Origin: an uncultured Bacteroidota bacterium
GTDB taxonomy: Bacteria; Bacteroidota; Ignavibacteria; Ignavibacteriales; Ignavibacteriaceae
Direction: 5' to 3'
Length of the DNA: 64,000 nt
NCBI GenBank assembly: GCA_963771705.1
Contig: CAVYUP010000004.1
Location: forward strand, 126,656 to 190,655
Shown here: positions 57,368-64,000 of the stretch, one piece after another
Numbering within the stretch: position 1 is the stretch's first letter
Layout of the letters: each line of letters begins with the position of its first letter
Translations under genes and position numbers: made by a program
Notes under the pieces: generated by a model
Databases searched by the model: none
What the model was told of the DNA's origin: nothing
What the model saw: the letters and a program-made list of their open reading frames with translations, nothing else

Positions 57368-58789
57368 TTATTTCTTCCGCTTCGGCTTATACATATGAGT
57401 ACTCTGCCCGAAGAATGCTTCCGCTGCCTCCATTATAGTTTCAGATAATGTAGGATGAGGATGAATAGTCAGCTTCAGGTCGGTAACATTCGCGCCCATC
57501 TCAATGGCCAGCACACCTTCTGCAATAAGCTCTCCGGCGCCGGGACCGCAGATACCTACACCAAGTATCCTCTGCGATTCAGGATCAAGTATAAGCTTTG
57601 TTACACCATCACTCCTCCCGAGTGTAGTCGCTCTTCCTGATGCAGCCCAGGGAAACTTTGCGGTTTCATATTTTATGTTTTTCTCTTTGGCCTGATTTTC
57701 CGTTAAACCTGCCCATGCAATCTCAGGATCCGTAAAGACAACAGCAGGAATCGCAAGAGGTTCAAATGCAACTTTCTCACCCGCAATAGTATCAACAGCA
57801 ATTCTTGCTTCATGCGATGCCTTATGAGCAAGCATAGGCTCACCGGCTATATCTCCTATCGCGTAAATATTATCTCCCTCTGTCTTCATCTGCGCGTTTA
57901 CTTTTATCCAGCCTCTTTCGTTTGTGGTAACATGAGTATTTTCAAGTCCTAATCCCTTTGTAGAAGGCTTCCTGCCGATTGACATCAGCACATAATCATA
58001 TTCCAGATCCTCGGTACCCTTCTCAGTTTCAATTTTAACTTTAATACCCTTTTTAGTTTCCTTCATCTCAACAACTTTAGCATTAAGCATAATTCTTTCG
58101 AATTCATTGCCCAGCTTTTTTGCAAGATGAGAAACAAGGTCGCGGTCAGCCCCGGGGAGCAGACCCGGCATCATCTCAACAACCGACACTTTAGTTCCAA
58201 GTGCATGATATACTGACCCAAGTTCAAGACCTATATAACCTCCGCCGATCACCAGCAGAGATTCGGGAACCTCCGGAAGATCGAGCGCTGAAGTTGAGTT
58301 GAGCAGCCGCTTACTGTCGATGTTAAGCGAAGGAATTGTTGCTATGATCGAACCGGTTGCGATGATAACATTTTCGAATTTTTGGTTTTCTGTTGAACCA
58401 TCCTCTTTTTTAATTTCAAGTGTATTAGAATTTATAAAGCTTGCTGTTCCCCGGATGTAGTTAACCTTTCTCTGTCTGGAAACTGTTCCCAGTCCTCCCG
58501 TTAATTGTTTAACAACCTCATTCTTCCATTCACGCAGCCGGTTTATATCAATTTTAGGAGTACCAAATTCAATTCCCCAGTTTTTGGCTTCCTTAGCTTC
58601 ATTTATAACTTTTGCTGCGTGCAGGAGAGCCTTGGAGGGGATACATCCGCGGTAGAGGCATACTCCCCCCGGATTTATTTCTTTATCTATCAGGGTAACT
58701 TCCATTCCCAGATCGGCGGCATAAAAGGCGGCAGCATACCCGCCTGGTCCTGCTCCTATAACTGTTACACTTTTATTTTGTGATGTCAA
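57368..58789 (-). CDS. lpdA: Dihydrolipoyl dehydrogenase (E3)
   Basis: VIGAGPGGY, redox-active GGVCLYRGCIPSK, C-terminal HPHPTLSE. Confidence 0.92.
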   Translation of the reverse strand: MTSQNKSVTVIGAGPGGYAAAFYAADLGMEVTLIDKEINPGGVCLYRGCIPSKALLHAAKVINEAKEAKNWGIEFGTPKIDINRLREWKNEVVKQLTGGLGTVSRQRKVNYIRGTASFINSNTLEIKKEDGSTENQKFENVIIATGSIIATIPSLNIDSKRLLNSTSALDLPEVPESLLVIGGGYIGLELGSVYHALGTKVSVVEMMPGLLPGADRDLVSHLAKKLGNEFERIMLNAKVVEMKETKKGIKVKIETEKGTEDLEYDYVLMSIGRKPSTKGLGLENTHVTTNERGWIKVNAQMKTEGDNIYAIGDIAGEPMLAHKASHEARIAVDTIAGEKVAFEPLAIPAVVFTDPEIAWAGLTENQAKEKNIKYETAKFPWAASGRATTLGRSDGVTKLILDPESQRILGVGICGPGAGELIAEGVLAIEMGANVTDLKLTIHPHPTLSETIMEAAEAFFGQSTHMYKPKRKK

Positions 58790-58832
58790 TATTCACCTGA
58801 AGTATTAAAATTAGATTACTATCTTGTAAAAA

Positions 58833-60035
58833 TTATTTAGAATGCTCGGGTACAACCCAAATACTATTTTCAATTTCCAGTTTTACGTCATCGATAAAAA
58901 CTGCTCTGCCTGATCCTCCCGGGCGGAAATCAGTAACAACATCCACGTGCTGAGCTGATTCGTTATAAATCCCTTTTGATTTTAATTCGGAGATCAACTT
59001 ACGACCGGCATCAGAATTTCCATCACTCACATAAGCCTCTTCATAACTTTGCCCAATGGCTATATGTAGAGTTCCTCCTACTTTTTCAACAAACAATGGA
59101 TGCTTCAATACTTTATCCATTCCGTTGTTCATACCGAGAGCAACCTCTCCAAGCCGGTGTGAGCCCTGATCTGTTTCAATTATTTTCCTCAGAGCTTCAA
59201 ATCCTTTTTCTGCTGTGTATTCTTTAATAACTCCGCCCTCAAACCTCAGATAAATTCCCTGGATATCCATTCCGCCCTGAAAGACAGGGAGGTCTACAAA
59301 TATTTCTCCCTCAATAGAATTTGAATCTGGACTGGTAAAAACTTCGCCGTCAGGAAAATTTCTATCCCCGGTGCATTTGATAATGTTCCTTCCGGCTATA
59401 TTCAACTTAAGTTCAAGCTCCTTTTTGGTTTTGGGATGAACTGTCTGAACTCTTATCTCCGAGCTTTTTTTCATCAACTGATAAATGTCTTCTTCCACAT
59501 CATCAAGATACCTGGGATCAATAGTAGATGCCTTAACAATAAAATCGGAATACTCCTTCAGCGTCATTCCTTCTATATCGGCAAAACCCTGAGTAGGGAA
59601 GAGAGTTATTACCCATGGTTTTGAAAGTCTGATATCTTTTACTGGGGCATCAACTTTCATAACTTTCTGCTGAAGTTCTTCTTTAGCATCGTTGAACAGA
59701 TCCGGGTTCGACACTCCGAGGATCTCAATAAACTTTGTCATTGATTTATATCTGTCTACCTGCCATTGGGGGACTTTATTTATCTGTTCTTCACTACCGA
59801 ATTTTGCTATAGATGTGCCCCATACTTTTCCGCGGTCATTATCCGGTGCAACTATATTTATATCAGCAATTCCTCCGGCAGCGAAAATTTTATCCTGCAG
59901 AACACTTATTAAAGGCCAGCAGATATCTTCACCCTTTACCATTATCACATCATCTTTTGTAACACCGCCCAGACTGTAGTCCAATAAATAGTCTGCCCAT
60001 TTTTCCAGATCACTCTTTGCTATTGTATTCTGCAT
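58833..60035 (-). CDS. M29-family aminopeptidase (AmpS/PepS-like) embedded in the PDH operon
   Basis: Motifs NFPDGEVFTSP and HIAIGQSY. I prefer the ATG at 60035, because the longer ORF-track start would overlap aceF by 46 nt. Confidence 0.75.
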   Translation of the reverse strand: MQNTIAKSDLEKWADYLLDYSLGGVTKDDVIMVKGEDICWPLISVLQDKIFAAGGIADINIVAPDNDRGKVWGTSIAKFGSEEQINKVPQWQVDRYKSMTKFIEILGVSNPDLFNDAKEELQQKVMKVDAPVKDIRLSKPWVITLFPTQGFADIEGMTLKEYSDFIVKASTIDPRYLDDVEEDIYQLMKKSSEIRVQTVHPKTKKELELKLNIAGRNIIKCTGDRNFPDGEVFTSPDSNSIEGEIFVDLPVFQGGMDIQGIYLRFEGGVIKEYTAEKGFEALRKIIETDQGSHRLGEVALGMNNGMDKVLKHPLFVEKVGGTLHIAIGQSYEEAYVSDGNSDAGRKLISELKSKGIYNESAQHVDVVTDFRPGGSGRAVFIDDVKLEIENSIWVVPEHSK

Positions 60036-60058
60036 ATTAGTTAGAATATCCTTCCAGT

Positions 60059-61792
60059 TTATATCAATATCTTTAGGGGCTGTTCGAGAGCTTCGCAGAC
60101 CCATCTTAAAAATCTTGCAGCATCGGCTCCGTCGATTATTCTGTGATCGTATGATAATGATAACGGAAGCATAAGCCGGGGTACCAGCCTGTTGTCCTTA
60201 TAAACCGGCACCATCTCACCCCGTGAAACTCCCAGTATCGCTACTTCAGGAGAATTTACAATAGGTGTAAATGATGTCCCTCCTATTCCGCCCAGGTTGG
60301 TTATGGTTATAGAGGCGCCCTGCATTTCTTCGAGGGAGATCTTTCTGTTCCTTGCCTTCTCCGCGAGCTGACCCATTTCAGCCGATATCTCCTTCAGGCT
60401 CTTGCGGTCGGTATTTTTAAGAACAGGAACCAGTAGTCCGTTCTCCGTATCAACGGCAATACCGATATTAAAATATTTCTTATAAATTATTTCCTGCTTC
60501 TCCATATCAATGCTCGAGTTGAACTGAGGAAACTCCTTTATTGCCGCGGTAATTACTTTTACGAGAATTGAAGTTACGGTTAACTTTCCGCCGGCTTTTT
60601 CTACTTCGGGATTGAATTGTTTTCTAAGTTTCTCAAGTCCTGTTATATCAGCCTTATCAAACTGTGTAACGTGAGGGGTAACTGCCCAGGCATAGCTTAG
60701 ATGCTCCGCTGTTTTTGAGCGGATCTTGCTCATTGGTTTACGTTCAACTTCACCGTACTTTGTAAAGTCGGGCAGCTCTTCCTGTTTTACGCCTACACCT
60801 ATACCGCGTGATTCAATCTCCTCATTTATGTTCTTCACGAAAGCCTTAACGTCGTCCATAGAAATTCTGCCGTTAGGACCTGTGCCCTTAACTTTATTGA
60901 TATCCACACCAAGCTCACGGGCAATCCTTCTTACGGAAGGTGCCGCAGGCGCAGCGTTTGTCATTATCGGAGGCTGATCTTCAATCTCTCCGGGCCTGAA
61001 GTCAGCCCGCTTACCATCCGTAACCTTCTGTGGTTCCTCTTCTTTTCTTTCAGCTTCCTTTTCCTGTATCTCTACAGCTTCAGAAGCCTCCTCTTCAACT
61101 TTTTTCTCTTTTGCCTCTTCCTCTTTTTCTTCCTCCTCTTCTTCAGACACCTCGCCGCTAGTTTCCACTTTTATTATAGTCTGACCAACCTTGGCTTTAT
61201 CTCCCTCCTTTACCAGAACTTCGGTCACCTTTCCGGTTACATCAGAAGGGACTTCAATTGTTGCCTTGTCAGTCTCAATTTCCATTATTCCCTGGTCGTA
61301 TTCAATCGAATCACCCTTACTTACAAGCATACTTATAATATCGGCCGAATCAATATTTTCACCGAGCTCGGGAAGCTTAAACTCTACAACCTTATTACCG
61401 GCTGCTTTTTTTGTAACTCCCTTTTCAGGCTTTCCGGTAACCCGTGCCTTCACCTCCTCTGTCTCAGCAGGTTTTTCTTTCTCCTCCGGTTTCTCTTTCT
61501 TCTCCGGTTTTTCAGATTCGGTCTTTTCCTCTTTCCCCTTAGGGGACTGCTGCTTTCCATCCTCAACGGTGAAGATAACCTGTCCAACTTTAACCTTATC
61601 TCCCTCCTTAACCTTAACGTCCTTTATAGTTCCTTTAAGGGTGGAGGGTACTTCTATAGTAGCCTTATCGGTTTCTATTTCAATTACACCCTGGTCGATG
61701 TCAATATCATCACCCTGCTTTATCAGTACATTGATTATGTCAGCCGAATCGATGTTCTCCCCCAATTCGGGTAGTTTAAATTCTTTAGCCAT
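60059..61792 (-). CDS. aceF: Dihydrolipoamide acetyltransferase (E2) with two lipoyl domains
   Basis: Two copies of EFKLPELGENI...IETDKATIEVPS, an E/K-rich linker, a subunit-binding domain (PSVRRIARELGVD), and the catalytic DHRIIDGA motif. Confidence 0.9.
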   Translation of the reverse strand: MAKEFKLPELGENIDSADIINVLIKQGDDIDIDQGVIEIETDKATIEVPSTLKGTIKDVKVKEGDKVKVGQVIFTVEDGKQQSPKGKEEKTESEKPEKKEKPEEKEKPAETEEVKARVTGKPEKGVTKKAAGNKVVEFKLPELGENIDSADIISMLVSKGDSIEYDQGIMEIETDKATIEVPSDVTGKVTEVLVKEGDKAKVGQTIIKVETSGEVSEEEEEEKEEEAKEKKVEEEASEAVEIQEKEAERKEEEPQKVTDGKRADFRPGEIEDQPPIMTNAAPAAPSVRRIARELGVDINKVKGTGPNGRISMDDVKAFVKNINEEIESRGIGVGVKQEELPDFTKYGEVERKPMSKIRSKTAEHLSYAWAVTPHVTQFDKADITGLEKLRKQFNPEVEKAGGKLTVTSILVKVITAAIKEFPQFNSSIDMEKQEIIYKKYFNIGIAVDTENGLLVPVLKNTDRKSLKEISAEMGQLAEKARNRKISLEEMQGASITITNLGGIGGTSFTPIVNSPEVAILGVSRGEMVPVYKDNRLVPRLMLPLSLSYDHRIIDGADAARFLRWVCEALEQPLKILI

Positions 61793-61843
61793 TTGTAATT
61801 TCCTGATTAAGATATTTCATTCAGAATTAAGAAAAATTTGTAT

Positions 61844-64000
61844 TTAAGATACTACGGGATTTGGTCTCCCCGGATCTACATCAAGCTGCTTAATAGCTTT
61901 CTCCACTGTCTGCATCTTTATTTTATCCTCTTTAGCCAGTGCGTAGAGAGTTGCTACAACGATATGTTTCGCGTCCACCTCAAAGAAATCTCTGAGTTCT
62001 GCTCTTCCCTCGCTTCTGCCGAATCCGTCTGTTCCTAACGACATAAGAGTCCCCGGAACCCATTTAGCGATAGAATCAGGGAGTGCTTTTACATAATCGC
62101 TTGCCGCAACATAAACACCTTTTTCATTCTTAAGCTGCTGGGTAATGTAAGGAGTTCTCGCCTTCTCCGCGGGATGGAGCATATTCCATCTATCTACATC
62201 AAGGGCATCACGTCTTAGTTCCTTATAGCTTGTTACACTCCATACATCGGCGGCTACCTTATAATCCTCTTCAAGAATTTCGGCGGCTTTAAGAACTTCG
62301 TTCATTATGGTGCCGCTGCCGAAAAGCTGAGCCTTCAGTTTTGCCTGCTTTTTACCGGAAGATTTGAATTTATACATCCCTTTCACTATACCTTCCTTAG
62401 CTCCTTTCGGCATTTGGGGCATCGGGTAGTTTTCATTCATCACGGTCAGGTAGTAGAAGATCTTTTCCTGATCCTCGTACATCCTCTTTATTCCGTCGCG
62501 GACAATAACCGCAATTTCATATGCGAAGGCGGGATCATAAGTGATAAGGTTTGGTATTGTGTAGGCCAGTAGGTGGCTGTTGCCGTCCTGGTGCTGAAGT
62601 CCCTCACCGTTAAGTGTGGTCCTTCCCGCGGTTCCGCCTACCATAAATCCTTTAACCTGCATATCACCAGCTGCCCATACAAGATCGCCCATACGCTGGA
62701 ACCCGAACATCGAGTAATAGATGAAGAAAGGGATCATATTTATACCGTGGGTTGCATAAGCGGTACCGGCGGCTATAAATGACGACATTGAACCTGCTTC
62801 GGTAATGCCTTCCTCGAGTATCTGCCCGTTCTGAGCTTCCTTATAGTAAAGAAGACTTTCTCTATCTACCGGCTCGTATAACTGTCCCGCATGCGAGTAA
62901 ATTCCTATCTGCCTGAACAGGGCTTCCATTCCGAAAGTCCTTGCCTCATCCGGTACAATAGGAACGATAAGATTTCCGATTTCTTTATCCTTAAGAAGCT
63001 TTGCAAGTATCCTTACGAAAACCATAGTGGTGGAAACTTCGCGGCCTTCAGTGCCTTTGTAAAATTCCTCAAAAATATCTTCGGGAGGGGTCTTAATAGG
63101 ACGGATGTTAGCGTTTCGCTTAGGTAGAAATCCTCCCAGTTCCTCTCTTCTCTCTTTCATATATTTCATTTCGGGACTATCCTCTCCCGGTCTGTAAAAC
63201 GGAGCGTTCGGAATTTCTTCATCTGATATAGGAATACCGAAACGCGACCTGAATTCTTTCATCTCTTCTTCATTCAGCTTTTTCTGTTGGTGGGTAATGT
63301 TTTTCCCTTCACCACTTTCTCCCAGTCCGTATCCTTTAATTGTCTTTGCAAGAATTACGGTAGGAGAACCCTTATGTTCTACTGCTGCATTGAAAGCGGC
63401 ATAAACCTTCTCGGGATCGTGGCCGCCTCTTTTCATTTTCTTAAGCTGTTCATCCGAAAGGTTCTTAACCATATCAAGCACATCCTCATCCGCTCCGAAG
63501 AAATGCTCACGTATATACGCTCCCGATTCAACAGAATATTTCTGATACTGGCCGTCTACAACTTCGCCCATTCTTTTAACCAGCTTCCCTTCGGTATCTT
63601 TTTCAAGCAGGGGATCCCAGTCGCTTCCCCAGACAACCTTAATAACATTCCACCCCGCTCCGCGGAAAATAGCTTCAAGTTCCTGGATAATTTTACCATT
63701 TCCCCTTACAGGTCCATCCAGTCGCTGCAGGTTGCAGTTTATTACAAAAATCAGGTTGTCCAGCTTCTCGCGGGCGGCAAGACTAATTGCGCCCAGTGCT
63801 TCAGGTTCATCTGTTTCACCGTCACCAAGAAAAGCCCATACGTGCCCTTCTCTTTTTCTCTCAATTAAACCGCGGTCTTCCAGGTAGCGGTTAAAGCGGG
63901 CCTGATATATTGCCATTATGGGTCCCAATCCCATAGAAACCGTCGGGAATTCCCAGAAATCAGGCATAAGCCACGGGTGAGGGTAGGATGACAGACCGCC
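61844..64000 (-). CDS. aceE: Pyruvate dehydrogenase E1 component, homodimeric AceE type (5' end lies beyond the window)
   Basis: DFWEFPTVSMGLGP and GDGETDEPE (ThDP motif) with colinearity to AceE. The reading frame is still open at position 64000. Confidence 0.9.
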   Translation of the reverse strand, partial: GGLSSYPHPWLMPDFWEFPTVSMGLGPIMAIYQARFNRYLEDRGLIERKREGHVWAFLGDGETDEPEALGAISLAAREKLDNLIFVINCNLQRLDGPVRGNGKIIQELEAIFRGAGWNVIKVVWGSDWDPLLEKDTEGKLVKRMGEVVDGQYQKYSVESGAYIREHFFGADEDVLDMVKNLSDEQLKKMKRGGHDPEKVYAAFNAAVEHKGSPTVILAKTIKGYGLGESGEGKNITHQQKKLNEEEMKEFRSRFGIPISDEEIPNAPFYRPGEDSPEMKYMKERREELGGFLPKRNANIRPIKTPPEDIFEEFYKGTEGREVSTTMVFVRILAKLLKDKEIGNLIVPIVPDEARTFGMEALFRQIGIYSHAGQLYEPVDRESLLYYKEAQNGQILEEGITEAGSMSSFIAAGTAYATHGINMIPFFIYYSMFGFQRMGDLVWAAGDMQVKGFMVGGTAGRTTLNGEGLQHQDGNSHLLAYTIPNLITYDPAFAYEIAVIVRDGIKRMYEDQEKIFYYLTVMNENYPMPQMPKGAKEGIVKGMYKFKSSGKKQAKLKAQLFGSGTIMNEVLKAAEILEEDYKVAADVWSVTSYKELRRDALDVDRWNMLHPAEKARTPYITQQLKNEKGVYVAASDYVKALPDSIAKWVPGTLMSLGTDGFGRSEGRAELRDFFEVDAKHIVVATLYALAKEDKIKMQTVEKAIKQLDVDPGRPNPVVS

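Noticed and set aside
60036-60104. Longer N-terminus of the operon-embedded M29 aminopeptidase
   Set aside because: It would overlap the aceF 3' end by 46 nt. The internal ATG at 60035 removes the overlap and gives an N-terminus (MQNTIAKSDLEKWADYLLDYSL) with a more plausible coding character than the 23 extra codons.
61191-61847. 218-aa ORF on the + strand
   Set aside because: It lies entirely antisense to aceF. Its S/F/T-rich low-complexity translation mirrors the E/K-rich E2 linker, so it is a shadow ORF.
1-64000. tRNA, rRNA, tmRNA, transposase or integrase genes
   Set aside because: I scanned intergenic regions by eye for T-loop-like GGTTCGAATCC-type sequences and examined the ORF translations for DDE or tyrosine-recombinase motifs. 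I found nothing convincing. A tRNAscan or Infernal run would be needed to be definitive.

Overview
This is a 64-kb chromosomal window from a bacterium that is probably anaerobic or facultatively anaerobic. The gene content (PafA-type alkaline phosphatase, YpdA-type disulfide reductase, abundant [FeFe]-hydrogenase genes, TTG/GTG starts) suggests an Ignavibacteriota/Bacteroidota-like lineage, but that is inference only. I can support about 50 protein-coding genes. Reading by eye, I recognised no rRNA, tRNA, CRISPR array or transposase. Most of the window is housekeeping or accessory metabolism: TrpB2, a fatty-acid desaturase, a DEAD-box helicase, two M29 aminopeptidases, MFS and POT transporters, HemW, a DAACS symporter, PafA-like phosphatase, an ABC1 kinase, GT39, PepF, FbaB, and an aceE-aceF-(aminopeptidase)-lpdA pyruvate dehydrogenase operon that runs off the right edge. 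The outstanding region is 16.36-31.2 kb. It is one tightly packed, co-directional gene string encoding HydF, a first NuoE/NuoF/HydA-type [FeFe]-hydrogenase, and a sensory-hydrogenase-like domain fused to a histidine kinase. These are followed by REC, REC-PAS-kinase and REC genes, then a second and architecturally different NuoE/NuoF/HydA set, a terminator, and a membrane histidine kinase. None of the three receiver domains carries an output domain. The first NuoF-like gene is split by a +1 frameshift in an A4 run. The second HydA has a non-canonical TSCSPGW H-cluster motif. Other notable items are a strongly AT-rich single-gene island with a 1036-aa MmeI-like/type IIG restriction-modification fusion (33.55-36.66 kb), a DksA/TraR zinc-finger fused to a PP2C/SpoIIE phosphatase, and several short periodic intergenic repeats. 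All calls rest on motif recognition in the supplied translations and on reading the DNA. No database search was run.
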